Below, piece after piece: positions 38,952-49,148 of a stretch of DNA of 64,000 bases (its first letter is position 1; each line of letters opens with the position of its first letter). The DNA is from Thermoplasmatota archaeon. Its GTDB lineage: Archaea; Thermoplasmatota; Poseidoniia; Poseidoniales; Poseidoniaceae. The position numbers and the translations under genes were made by a program. Below the pieces are notes generated by a model. It had not been told where the DNA came from, made no database searches, and was given only the letters and a program-made list of their open reading frames with translations. The stretch is taken from NCBI GenBank assembly GCA_036160375.1, contig JAYYDY010000068.1, forward strand, positions 169 through 64,168, written 5' to 3'.

Positions 38952-40109
38952 TCACTCGTCAGCGGCTTCTTCATCGGCGTCAGCGTCGTTCTCAACAGCT
39001 TCGTCCACTGCTTCGCAGAAGAGTTCGGCTCCTTCGGGGAAATCTCCGTTCTCGTAGCGTTCACGCATCTCTTCGAGGCGGCTCTTGATGCCGGCACCCG
39101 AGCGCTGCACGGCTTTGGCCACGGCACTGAGGTTGCCGCTTTGGAGGCCAAGCTGGCGCAGGAGGTTGTACATGACGCAACCTGCGACCATCGAGATGGG
39201 GACGTTGGCCGTGGGAGCGTCCACGCTGGGCTCACCGAGGTTCGACATGACGGTGAAGAAGGCGTCCATGATGGCGCCAAGGTCGTCATCATCGAAGCGC
39301 TTCGAGAGACCGTCGCTCAGGTTCTCAGCGACCTTGTCCAACTCGTCTTCACGGGCAGCGGCAAGGCTGAGTTGTTGAGGAGGTGCGGCCCAACCTTGGC
39401 GCACGCGCTCCTGGTAGTGCTGCATGATGGTTTTCTTGGCGTTCTTGAGTTGCTTGGCCGTGATGCCGTAGGTGTCCATCAGTTGCTTCTCGTTGACTCG
39501 CACGGTGCGGAACCAGCGAGCAGCGATGGAGGCGATGGCCAAGGCCATGATTTGGAGCTTGTCTTTGTCAGTCTTGCCACGGAGTTCGGGGTGCTCCTTG
39601 CCACCTGCACGGCAGATGGCCGTTTTTGGGCACTTGAGGCGGCGACGTTCGCCGGGCGACAAGGTCTTTCGCGTGGCCTCCTGAGAGCGAGTGAGCTTGC
39701 GAGCAGCGGCACGGGCCAGTGGTTCGACCGCCTTGGCCATGTCAGCGCCGAACATGTTGCGGAGCGTGGCCATGAGTTGGGCGTACATCGGGTCGGTGTC
39801 GCGCTGGGAACTTCGGTCCAACTTGCCGATACGGGCGGCGAGACGGCGTTGCTTGGCCGTCAATCGGTTGCCTCGACCGTCGAACTTGTCGCCGAAGGGG
39901 TTCATCTTGCCGCCCATTTTCGCGCCGCCGTGGCCTGCTTCCATGTTGACGGCTTCGTTGTGGCGTCCTTCGCCAAGCGAGCTGCCGCTGTTGGTGTCGG
40001 CGTCATCGTGAACGATGGGGTGCACCAAGGAGCACACATCGCAGATGCCCTCTGCACGGGTCAAATCAATCGTCAGGTTTCCGCTGCATTCGTCGCATTT
40101 CGTGATCAT
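38952..40109 (-). CDS. tfb: TFIIB-like transcription initiation factor (TFB), divergent/extended
   Basis: N-terminal Zn ribbon CDECSG..x17..CDVCS; B-reader/linker-like DGRGNRLTAKQRRLAARIGKLDR; two helical cyclin-like halves; acidic tail. Start chosen at MITKCDEC (40109). Confidence 0.68.
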   Translation of the reverse strand: MITKCDECSGNLTIDLTRAEGICDVCSLVHPIVHDDADTNSGSSLGEGRHNEAVNMEAGHGGAKMGGKMNPFGDKFDGRGNRLTAKQRRLAARIGKLDRSSQRDTDPMYAQLMATLRNMFGADMAKAVEPLARAAARKLTRSQEATRKTLSPGERRRLKCPKTAICRAGGKEHPELRGKTDKDKLQIMALAIASIAARWFRTVRVNEKQLMDTYGITAKQLKNAKKTIMQHYQERVRQGWAAPPQQLSLAAAREDELDKVAENLSDGLSKRFDDDDLGAIMDAFFTVMSNLGEPSVDAPTANVPISMVAGCVMYNLLRQLGLQSGNLSAVAKAVQRSGAGIKSRLEEMRERYENGDFPEGAELFCEAVDEAVENDADADEEAADE

Positions 40110-40142
40110 TTTTCTCAACTCCAAGGTAAATGTCCCGCCACC

Positions 40143-40151
40143 CCATATAAA
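40143..40151 (-). promoter_or_regulatory. candidate TATA box for the TFB-like gene
   Basis: The minus strand reads GCATCCTTTATATGGGG, 33 nt upstream of ATG 40109. The geometry is similar to the mcm candidate. Confidence 0.4.
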
Positions 40152-40476
40152 GGATGCAATTTTCAGCATCTCTGCTTCTTAATGCCTCCTCTCGGGCTGG
40201 AAAACAGGTTTCCAACACGTGAGGGCAAACAAGACATATTCTTATTGAGGCACACCCTATAAGAAACTAACGCAAATATGCCCACCGAATCATGCCTGAA
40301 ATCTTCGCCTGGCCCATACAACCGTGTACAAGGGAACCGCCCTATTTGAAGAGCGCGATGCAAGACCCCGCAGGATGGATTCCAACCTCACTGGCCGTGC
40401 AGACCTTCCGTGCCCATCTTCATCACCGCGCATGTTGAAATAGCCTCGGTGCCGTTCTCCAAAACAGGCGGTTTTC

Positions 40477-43400
40477 ATGGAGCGAACACCGAGCATCACA
40501 TCGGAACACGTCCCTGCAGGCGAGGGACTTCCACCGTGGCTGTTCGAAGCGCTCTGCCACCCCATGGAGCACGCTCCGTTCATGCTTCTGCATCCCACTG
40601 AACTTCACCGTCAACGCACCCTGGAGCGGCTGAACGAGGCCGGCGTGGTGGTTACACCCCAGTACCATCTGACTCTGAATCGCTTGGTTCGCCTTCTGCA
40701 CGTCGATCTTCGCCTACCGGTGCTGATGGATGACGAATCGAGCACCTTCATGGCCCTTCACGCACGCTGTGTTGCGGCCGCGGAGAACGCCGAACTTCCG
40801 TTCCTCTACACGCCAGGCGTCGGCAGTTGGACGCTCACCAAAACCCGTCGACTACAGCAACTGCACGGCGAATTGCTCCAACTGCGCCGCCCTTTTGCGT
40901 GGGAGGGTGATCCGGGCGCCGAAGTGTTCCATCGCTTGTGCCTCGAGACCGAAGCGGCGGCGGGTGCGATGCTACCAGCGTTGGTTTCACGTCACGTCCT
41001 TGAGGCGTTGCAGACGGCCACAGATACACCGTTTCATCTCAGTGAAGTGGCTGGCCTGATCGTCCTCGACGCCGCTCCGGACTTCAACGAAGTCGAACAG
41101 GACCTCCTCACCGCTGTTTCCACCTTTGCGCCCGTTCATCAGTTACTCAACCCCGGCTCGTTCCGACTCGGCTATCACGGCGCTTACCTGGTGGATGAAC
41201 CACCTTGCACCACAGCGACCTTGCCCGATTGGGTGCCTCCACACGATGCGTGGACCGGCGACGCCCAGATGTGGCAAACCGATGTGGGACGTGAGCGAGC
41301 GACCCGGCTGACGAGGGTGACCCTTGACGAACGAGGCCACGGCATGCAGGCGGCCCTAACCATGATTCAAGCATACCGTGCGCACCACGAAGGGCACGTG
41401 TTGGTGGTGGACGCAGGCGTTCGAGACCGGGCCACAACTTGGTCCAATGGGTTGGCTTCCATCGGCCTTCGGTGGCATCCAGGCTCAGCCGCCATGAACC
41501 AACAACCCACGCATCACGCCGTGGTCAGAGCCGCTGGGTTGGCACAGGGCATGAGCGCCTGGTCGCTTGAATCGTTACGCGGCGTGTTCTTTTCGTCTGT
41601 GGTCCCCTTCAACGACGACCTTTTTCCTGAGTTGAACCATCCCAGCGAAGGAACGTGGCGCCCTCAGCCTGACGCTGCCGTCTTGGACGACATCTCACGG
41701 CAATTCCACGTGCTCGGCGGCCCGGGTGCCATCGCCCGCTGGCTTGGTGTTTTGGCCGGGGCTGAGCCTTCTTTTGCGGAGCGCCGTCCCGAAGAAAAGG
41801 CCAGGACGCTCGAACAGACGCAGTGGTGGCTTGCCTGTTTGCTTCGCACTTGGGCGCCGCTTCTCTCCCCCGAGGACCGTCATTTGCTGCGCCGCCCGGT
41901 GGTGGGGTGCACCAGCGGCGTTGAATTGCCGATGCCCGATTCTCCTGTCTCCGGCATGGCGTGGCTCTCGTGGTTGCTCACGTCCATTGATGTGGCTCGG
42001 TTTGAACATCGGCGAGCACCCTTTGATGCAGGCTTTGGGGCCCTCCAAGCGCTCGTGGAAGCCCTGAACGCCATCAAGGCTCAACTTCTCCACCATGGTC
42101 TCCCGTTTGAGGACCATGGCGTTGCGTTTGTGGACCTTCTCGACCACATCGGTTCTTCAACAGAGCTCACTCACCAAACCTCGCGAACCGACCGCATCAA
42201 CGTGGTCACGCCCGACGACGCTCTCGGGTGCACCGCCGACGTGGTGCTGCTCGTTGGCATGGACGTTGATTCATGGTCCATGCGCTCTTCAATCACGCCC
42301 TGGCTGGACGCTTCGGCCCAACTTGAACTTGGGTTGTTCCAAACCGACCGTCTGGTTCGCCGTGGGCGTCATCATCTTCGACATTTGCTGAACGCAGCCC
42401 CCACGGTGGTCGTGTTTGATTCCTCTCCGGAGGAAGGTGGAGGCCCGAGTGCGCCGTTGGCTGAATGGCTGGCAGATGTCCAACGATCCGGAGCCTGGGA
42501 TGCCATGCGAGCCCCACCGTCTTTCCTCCCTTCTTCCACCTATGAGGGTGAAGGGGAACCTCGTCCGTTCCGATGGTCGGTGCGCGAAGACGGCCATGGC
42601 AGTTGGCTCACGCCGGTGATGCACGCCACCGCCAGTACGGCGTCGGGTTTGCGGACGGTTCGCTTTGGTTTCAGCGGCAGGGACCAGCGTCAGCAACTCG
42701 GTCTTGACGTTCGCTCCCATCTCGAACCCAACGTCATGCCCAATCACGCCGTGGCGCTCCTCCACGCCTTTGAAGGCGAGGTTCAGGCCGATCGAAGGCG
42801 ACGACAACCACTGGCCAAGCACCTTGACGAACACACCAGTTTTGCTTGGTCAAATCGAGCACATCTGGCCAGCGTTGATGCCGTCACGCTCCGCCCGACA
42901 AGGGCATCACTCAAGGTAAACGGCGTTGCAGCCACCGAGTTCCCTCACTTGGGTCATCGCGAAGAGAAATCCGTCTCCGTCAGCGTCGACCCGCGACCGC
43001 TTCCGCCCTACGTCCCTTCAGAACCAGGTCTTTCACAACGCTTTGGCGTGCTCAACGTGCCCCTCGAACGTGAGGTTTGGTCGCCCAGTCGCCTTGAGGC
43101 CTGGCTCAAGTGTCCACGCCAAGCCTGGCTCAAACAACATCTCCGCGCCGACGACGACGAAGAGATGAGCACCGAAGACATCGATATCCGAATTCGAGGC
43201 CAAGTGGTCCACGAGACGGAAGCAGCCATCCTGCATGGCCACGGGGTTCCGATGGGAGGAGAAATCACCACTGAGCCACAACCGCTCCACCTTGGCCCCA
43301 TGGGAGAGGGTCGTGCAGGGTGGGACGCTGTGCTTGATTTCCTCCAGCGGGATGTCCACTGGCTGGGTCGGCACAACGCCGTTTCCGTCCATCGTACCAA

Positions 43401-44214
43401 GGACCTCATTGACGCCTCACCCGAGTCTTGGCAGGCTCACCAGGACGGTGAAATTGAACTGCCTTCTCGAGGCCGTCTTGCCCGATTGTTGGATGCCGAC
43501 CTCGCACTGGAGCACGCCGCTCCCGTAGCGATGGAATGGTCTCCCAGAGTTGAAACCGAACGTTCCGTGATGCTCGACACCGTTGGGGGAGATGACGGGG
43601 CGGGTTTCCGTCTGTTTGGTTACGCTGATCGCGTGGATGTCGTGGTTCTTCCCGATGCCCTCCGTTCCGTGCTCATCGAGCAAGGTGTGTTGGGTGAGGA
43701 CGACCATGAGACGCCGTTCCCGCTTCACGATGCACCGCGACCGGCGCAACGCTTGGTCGTTATTCGTGACCTGAAGACCGTTCGTGGCCCGGATTCGGCT
43801 TCCGCTGGCTTGCGTCACATGCGCTGCTTGTTTGAAGACCTCCAGTTGGCTCTGTACGCCCGTGCTTGGGAGCTTCTTCATCCCAACGACCGCGTCATCG
43901 GCGTCGGCGCCAGCGAGGTGGGCGAATCCACCACGCACTACGTTGAACTTGACAGCGATATCGCCGCCTTGAGCGAACACCTGTCCATCGGCGAACTCAC
44001 CCAAGTGTTCCCCCAACACTTCCCAGCGTTCACGGCGACCGGTGCGACCACCACGCCCTTCCGAAGGTGGATGGCTGAACGTTTGGCCGTCGCTCAACGG
44101 GCGGTCGACACCGCCAGGCAAGGGCATGTTCACCCCACACCGGGCGCGCACTGCAGCTATTGTGCCGTGGCTCACTCCTGCGATGTTTCCCAGTACAGCG
44201 GAGGTGATTTCTGA
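40477..44214 (+). CDS. addB: AddB-like helicase-nuclease subunit (degenerate helicase, C-terminal Fe-S RecB-type nuclease)
   Basis: No Walker A was seen. The C-terminal nuclease has SRLEAWLKCPRQAWL, YADRVDVV, VIRDLKT and CSYCAVAHSC (C-x2-C-x5-C). The stop overlaps the start of the downstream UvrD-like gene. Confidence 0.78.
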   Translation: MERTPSITSEHVPAGEGLPPWLFEALCHPMEHAPFMLLHPTELHRQRTLERLNEAGVVVTPQYHLTLNRLVRLLHVDLRLPVLMDDESSTFMALHARCVAAAENAELPFLYTPGVGSWTLTKTRRLQQLHGELLQLRRPFAWEGDPGAEVFHRLCLETEAAAGAMLPALVSRHVLEALQTATDTPFHLSEVAGLIVLDAAPDFNEVEQDLLTAVSTFAPVHQLLNPGSFRLGYHGAYLVDEPPCTTATLPDWVPPHDAWTGDAQMWQTDVGRERATRLTRVTLDERGHGMQAALTMIQAYRAHHEGHVLVVDAGVRDRATTWSNGLASIGLRWHPGSAAMNQQPTHHAVVRAAGLAQGMSAWSLESLRGVFFSSVVPFNDDLFPELNHPSEGTWRPQPDAAVLDDISRQFHVLGGPGAIARWLGVLAGAEPSFAERRPEEKARTLEQTQWWLACLLRTWAPLLSPEDRHLLRRPVVGCTSGVELPMPDSPVSGMAWLSWLLTSIDVARFEHRRAPFDAGFGALQALVEALNAIKAQLLHHGLPFEDHGVAFVDLLDHIGSSTELTHQTSRTDRINVVTPDDALGCTADVVLLVGMDVDSWSMRSSITPWLDASAQLELGLFQTDRLVRRGRHHLRHLLNAAPTVVVFDSSPEEGGGPSAPLAEWLADVQRSGAWDAMRAPPSFLPSSTYEGEGEPRPFRWSVREDGHGSWLTPVMHATASTASGLRTVRFGFSGRDQRQQLGLDVRSHLEPNVMPNHAVALLHAFEGEVQADRRRRQPLAKHLDEHTSFAWSNRAHLASVDAVTLRPTRASLKVNGVAATEFPHLGHREEKSVSVSVDPRPLPPYVPSEPGLSQRFGVLNVPLEREVWSPSRLEAWLKCPRQAWLKQHLRADDDEEMSTEDIDIRIRGQVVHETEAAILHGHGVPMGGEITTEPQPLHLGPMGEGRAGWDAVLDFLQRDVHWLGRHNAVSVHRTKDLIDASPESWQAHQDGEIELPSRGRLARLLDADLALEHAAPVAMEWSPRVETERSVMLDTVGGDDGAGFRLFGYADRVDVVVLPDALRSVLIEQGVLGEDDHETPFPLHDAPRPAQRLVVIRDLKTVRGPDSASAGLRHMRCLFEDLQLALYARAWELLHPNDRVIGVGASEVGESTTHYVELDSDIAALSEHLSIGELTQVFPQHFPAFTATGATTTPFRRWMAERLAVAQRAVDTARQGHVHPTPGAHCSYCAVAHSCDVSQYSGGDF

Positions 44215-47200
44215 TGATTCAGTTCAACAACAGCCAGCGGCTTGGGCTGGACTTGGACCGGCACATTGCCCTCGATGCAGGCGCAGGCACGGGGAAGACG
44301 ACGGTGATGGCCGAGCGTTATGTTCAGCACTTGTTTGCAGCCGACCAGCGAGCCACACACGTGACCCCCATGGGGCCGCGTACACCGCTGTCCGGTCACG
44401 GTGCGCTTCGTGCACCCAAACGAGAACGGACGGCACTGCAGGAATGGCCCGGATTGCTCCCCTCAGAAGTGGTGGCCATCACCTTCACTCGTAAGTCAGC
44501 GGCTGAACTCAAAGCACGTATCCGGCATCGACTCGCTCAGGCCCGGGCACGACCCCCCTCACCCGAAGACCGCGACGGCGTGTTTGACCCGAGGTTGCGC
44601 AACGACGGCGACGTGGAAATGCTCCTCTCTGGGTTGGATGAAGCCCCCATTTCCACCATCGATGCCTTCCTCAGCCAGCTGGTGCAACCCTACGTTGATT
44701 TGGTGGCTTTGTACCCCTCCAACCAGCAAGTATCGGAGGAGCGAAAACCACTGATGGTGCAGGACACGCTCCATGCTGTTTGGCGGATCCGTTCGGTTGA
44801 CGATGCTCGAGAAGCGGGTGTGCTGAATCACCACCAAGCCTTCTTGGACGCTCGCAACCGCCTCGTGAATCGACTGGGCGGGCAGGACCAAGCGGAGATC
44901 GTCCTTGGCGGTCTGCTCGACCGTTCGTTGTTTGTTGAACAGTCTCATCGGTCCATGATTCAGCGAGCAGAAGACATGGGCTTGGCCTGGAACGGCCGGG
45001 GCCCTGCTCCCGTGGACGTGCTGCTCAACACCATCGCTGAGCCGGTGGTGGGCTTGCTCCCCGATTTCATTGAGGAATTGCAACGAAGGTTGGGCGATTG
45101 GGTGCAGACCTTCCTGCCCTACCACGCCAACTGTATCGCGCCCGCCGAGGTCACGACATCTCTGACCCGATTCAATCACCTCGTACGGGTCACGTCGCAA
45201 CCCCTCCCAACCGAGGCTGGCGAGCAGCTTTCGTGGGTTTGGAAGGCCTTGCTCGGCATCGCCACGGCCTCAGGTTTGGTCAAACCGTCATGCACCTTCT
45301 TCCCGAGGGACGCCCTTCCCAACGGAAACGGCTGGCCTTCTGGCATGACGTCAAAAACGGGGGCAACCGGACTCTCAAAAGACGAAAAGAACGCCCTCTA
45401 CGAGGCCGGAAAAGCGCACCTTCCAGGCCTACGCTCGTTGCTGAATTCAGCCAACGGGACCCTCATCCGCTTGCTGGCTCGCTCTGCCTTTTTGCTCAAC
45501 CCGATGGACGGCTTTGACGGAATGCCGCTCGACAGCGTTCTTCGATTGGAACCCTTGGTCGATCCGTTGCCCAGCGAGGCGGGTGACCGAGGCACCTACG
45601 TCTCCGCCGACCTCCAGGTACAGGTGCTCAGCGACCTTCAGGTCATTCACACGGCGTGCAATCAAATTCTCGCTCGAAGAAAATCCCTCGACAACATGCA
45701 TGATTTTGACGACATGCAGCGTTTTGCTGCCGATTTGCTGCTGGCCCGGTGCCCCGATATCTGCCGGCATCGCTACCCGCCGGCGGTGATTGATGCATTG
45801 GACGGGCTTGGCGACGAGCCGTGGACCGACGCACACATCGCCCGCGCACTCACCCTGCTCAACGACCGGCCAACACTCCTGGAAGACCTTCAACGCCGCG
45901 TGGCCATTCTGGGCGAACTGCGCCGTCAGTACCGCGCCTTCATCATTGACGAATACCAAGACACCAACCCCTCCCACTATCGTTTGCTTGCCCGATTGTG
46001 GGGCCGCCGTCGCCGTCATCCCGACGACCCTGCAGGTCCGTTGGGTGCGTGGGACCCCACCGTGTGCATTGTTGGGGACATGAAACAGAGCATCTACCGT
46101 TTCCGTCAAGCCGAGGTCTCCGTGATGCGACGGGCGGTGGAAGCCATCCGTCAGTTCAACATCGATGAAGAGGGCGAGGCCCGCCTCGACCACCTCCGCG
46201 AAGCCGGCTGTGGTCGCGATCCCCGCCCCGTGGGCGGTGGAGGTGAAACCGGGTCGTTTTCCAACGAACACAGCGGCGAAGTGTCTGCCCCTCACACCTT
46301 TGTTCGCTTTGACGAGGAAGACCAGGCGGGTCAACCCGCCATTGTCGGTCATCGCTTGTTGCGCCGTGCTGAGGGTCACGTTGATTTGACCTCCAACCAC
46401 CGAACACGGCACGATTTGATGGAGACGATGAACGACATGTTCGACGAGGTCTTTGACCCTCGGTACCACGACCTTCCCGGTGATTGGCACGCAGAGGCCC
46501 AACGACTTCGCCCCGCCCGCGCCACCGAGCACCCCGGCGTGTTGGAATGGCTTCTCCCGATTCCGGGGACCATCACTGAAGTTCCCCTCGACTTGGACGT
46601 GGCCGTCAACACCTTCGCCGACCCGAACGCTTCGCAAGTTCACCTCGAACACGAATTGCTTGCCGACCGCCTTCACGCCTTGCTTAACGAGTCGTCCACG
46701 AGGGTATGGGACAGTGAAACCGCCTCGTGGACCACGGTTAACGAGGAAGGTCCATCGGTTCGGCCACAGGACATCATGATCCTCATCAACTCACGAAAAC
46801 ACCTGCCCGATTTGGTCGATCGCCTTCGGGCACGAAACATCCCGGTCATGGCCGACCGACAGGGCTTGCTGTCCATGCAACCGGTGGTTCAACCGCTGAT
46901 GGCGATGCTAGCCCTGATGGCCCGTCCGACCATGCGAAAAGCGGGCGTTGAACTCGCTCGTTCTGCCGTGGTCGGCCTCTCCGAACCGCAGGTGCACGAG
47001 GCCATGGTCTCGCTTGAGGACGGGGCTGAAGTGCTGCCCCATTTGATCGAACATGCACCATCCGAAGCCGTTCGCTCCCTCTTGGCTCACCTTCACCAAC
47101 TCATGAGCTGGGGTGCTTTGTACGACGTGTTTGACGCCGTGCTCGACCACTCCGATTTGCTCGTGGCCTATCCTGACGACGCCCAGCGTCAATTTGCCGA

Positions 47201-49148
47201 GGCCTGGGTGTCCATTGTCCAATCCATCGGCAACGACACGGGCCATGATGCAGCCGCCATGTACCGCCGCATGGTCGAAGTTCGTGCCTTGGGACGACAG
47301 GGCCCCCAAGCCATCACGCAGCCCGACTCGACGGCCGTTCAGATCATGACGATTCACGGCTCCAAAGGGCTGCAAGCCCCGGTGGTCGTGGTTTCGGGGT
47401 TGTTTGCAGCCGGAAAGGCCGATGCCAGCATGTCCGTTCAGGACAACATTCTCGTCACCCCGCAGGTGCTGGCCGGGCGCATTCAACCCTGGCGGGCCAA
47501 AGACCGTCCAGAGGACGGGCTGTGGGCTTTCGCGGCCGAGATGAACAAGGCGCAAGACAGAGCAGAGCTTCGTCGGAAATTCTACGTCGCGTTGACCCGA
47601 GTGAAAGACCGGCTCATCATCACGGGCAGCCCGGGCAACCGTTCGACCTTCGATGAAGAGAGCGGAACGCTGTCGGTTCGGTTTGCTCCCGACCCACGAA
47701 CGATGGGTCGCATGTTCATCGAGGGGCTACGAAGAGCCACGTGGTGCGCTGGTGGCGATGCCCCTTGGGTGTCAGCGGCTGAACTTGAGGCACCTGCGTT
47801 ACCTCCCTTTTCCTCGCATCAGCACCAGACCGCGCTCAATCCGAGTGCGTTGTTGAACGAATCGCAGCTTGGTGTGCACGGCTTGAGCGGTTTGAGGTTG
47901 TACCACCACCCGTTGTGCTTTGACCCCGTGGACACGGCCTCACCTCAACAACGTGCACGGGCGCTGGCCTCGCATCTTGAGACCATGGAAGCGACCGGCC
48001 TCTCCACGGCGCCCCCGCTTCGTCTTCAAGAGAACATCAAGGGTGCTGCTCATCACCTCGACGCCACCTTTGCTTGCCCACGGCGGTACTGGTTGGAACA
48101 CGTACGGGGATGGTCGACCGAACCCTTCCTTCTCCCGCAGGCATCGACGGCAGCACCTCCACGGCGAGCGTGGCCCGAACCGACCACGTTCGGTTTGATG
48201 ATGCACCGGGTGCTGGAAATCGGGTTGCGAAACCCCCGCGCCAAGGCGGAGCAGACGCCACCGTTGGACGCCTCATGGCTGCACGAAGCCGACGACGATT
48301 TGGCCTCCGGAGAGACCGTGGGGCGCGTCATGAACGAATTCGGATTTGGGGCTGAACAAACCGCCTCCTCGCCCGAAGCCTCGTGGCGTGAGCGATTGAT
48401 GCACCTGAGTTCGCTCATCGACCGTGGACTGCTCGGCCAGTGGGTGCAGGGAGCGACCTTGCACGGGTGGTCGGTTGAAGCGGTGAGAACCGAACTTCCG
48501 TTCTTCCACCGAGAGCGCCTGCAACGGTCGACCTCGGCGGGTGAATCGGTGGAAAGCGAACCGCACGGTCCATCGGTGGTTGAGCACGTCAACATGGATT
48601 TCAGTGGTCGCGCGGATTTGGTGTTGGCGCTGGTCGACGAGCACGGGCAAGGGGCGCTGAAGGTGGTGGACCTCAAAACGCGAGGTTGTTTGGGGGCCTT
48701 CAACGCTGAAGACCCCTCCAAAGGCCACCCGCTCCAACGCGTAGGTCCCGAGGAAACCAATCCCGTTCCACAAAGCGATGATGAAGCGGCCATTTTGCAC
48801 GAACACCGTTTGCAACTCACCTTGTATTCGATGGCTCTGGAGGCCATTGAAGCTCGAAAACCAGCCTCCGAGCGTCGCCGTATCCTGCCGCCTGCCCTGC
48901 TGTTGGGGGCTAATGGCCGGATGGTGGAACTCTCGGAGGGCGCCTTTGAACAAGCCAAAGCGGACTTGTTGGCGCATTTGGACTGGCGAGCCTCGGTTCA
49001 TCTTGACGCTCACCATGAGGAGCCTGGACGTCTCTCCTCCGGGTCGCTCACCTGCCAGCAATGTGCGTTTTATCGGGGTGATTTGCGCCGTTGCGCTCCT
49101 GAAGGCGAGCCCTTGGGTTTCGTTAGTCGCCTCGACGATGAGCCGTGA
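44214..49148 (+). CDS. addA: AddA-like UvrD/Rep-family helicase with C-terminal PD-(D/E)XK nuclease
   Basis: Walker A DAGAGTGKTT; motif II FIIDEYQDTN; TIHGSKGL; YVALTRVKDRL; nuclease GRADLVL..VVDLKTRG. Cysteines: FACPRRYWL and CQQCAFYRGDLRRC. Confidence 0.87.
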   Translation: MIQFNNSQRLGLDLDRHIALDAGAGTGKTTVMAERYVQHLFAADQRATHVTPMGPRTPLSGHGALRAPKRERTALQEWPGLLPSEVVAITFTRKSAAELKARIRHRLAQARARPPSPEDRDGVFDPRLRNDGDVEMLLSGLDEAPISTIDAFLSQLVQPYVDLVALYPSNQQVSEERKPLMVQDTLHAVWRIRSVDDAREAGVLNHHQAFLDARNRLVNRLGGQDQAEIVLGGLLDRSLFVEQSHRSMIQRAEDMGLAWNGRGPAPVDVLLNTIAEPVVGLLPDFIEELQRRLGDWVQTFLPYHANCIAPAEVTTSLTRFNHLVRVTSQPLPTEAGEQLSWVWKALLGIATASGLVKPSCTFFPRDALPNGNGWPSGMTSKTGATGLSKDEKNALYEAGKAHLPGLRSLLNSANGTLIRLLARSAFLLNPMDGFDGMPLDSVLRLEPLVDPLPSEAGDRGTYVSADLQVQVLSDLQVIHTACNQILARRKSLDNMHDFDDMQRFAADLLLARCPDICRHRYPPAVIDALDGLGDEPWTDAHIARALTLLNDRPTLLEDLQRRVAILGELRRQYRAFIIDEYQDTNPSHYRLLARLWGRRRRHPDDPAGPLGAWDPTVCIVGDMKQSIYRFRQAEVSVMRRAVEAIRQFNIDEEGEARLDHLREAGCGRDPRPVGGGGETGSFSNEHSGEVSAPHTFVRFDEEDQAGQPAIVGHRLLRRAEGHVDLTSNHRTRHDLMETMNDMFDEVFDPRYHDLPGDWHAEAQRLRPARATEHPGVLEWLLPIPGTITEVPLDLDVAVNTFADPNASQVHLEHELLADRLHALLNESSTRVWDSETASWTTVNEEGPSVRPQDIMILINSRKHLPDLVDRLRARNIPVMADRQGLLSMQPVVQPLMAMLALMARPTMRKAGVELARSAVVGLSEPQVHEAMVSLEDGAEVLPHLIEHAPSEAVRSLLAHLHQLMSWGALYDVFDAVLDHSDLLVAYPDDAQRQFAEAWVSIVQSIGNDTGHDAAAMYRRMVEVRALGRQGPQAITQPDSTAVQIMTIHGSKGLQAPVVVVSGLFAAGKADASMSVQDNILVTPQVLAGRIQPWRAKDRPEDGLWAFAAEMNKAQDRAELRRKFYVALTRVKDRLIITGSPGNRSTFDEESGTLSVRFAPDPRTMGRMFIEGLRRATWCAGGDAPWVSAAELEAPALPPFSSHQHQTALNPSALLNESQLGVHGLSGLRLYHHPLCFDPVDTASPQQRARALASHLETMEATGLSTAPPLRLQENIKGAAHHLDATFACPRRYWLEHVRGWSTEPFLLPQASTAAPPRRAWPEPTTFGLMMHRVLEIGLRNPRAKAEQTPPLDASWLHEADDDLASGETVGRVMNEFGFGAEQTASSPEASWRERLMHLSSLIDRGLLGQWVQGATLHGWSVEAVRTELPFFHRERLQRSTSAGESVESEPHGPSVVEHVNMDFSGRADLVLALVDEHGQGALKVVDLKTRGCLGAFNAEDPSKGHPLQRVGPEETNPVPQSDDEAAILHEHRLQLTLYSMALEAIEARKPASERRRILPPALLLGANGRMVELSEGAFEQAKADLLAHLDWRASVHLDAHHEEPGRLSSGSLTCQQCAFYRGDLRRCAPEGEPLGFVSRLDDEP

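Noticed and set aside
37863-40262. 799-aa plus-strand ORF, the longest unassigned ORF in the track
   Set aside because: It runs antisense across the CxxC protein gene, a 45-bp spacer and the TFB-like gene. Its translation is V/G/H/R/L-rich with no motifs, the typical shadow of GC3-rich genes, whereas the minus-strand products have a signal peptide, a WCxxC motif and a Zn ribbon.
40419-40426. GTGATGA (C-box-like) on the minus strand in the long tfb-addB spacer, considered as a possible C/D box sRNA
   Set aside because: There is no CTGA D box within a plausible 50-80 nt downstream on that strand, and no terminal stem.
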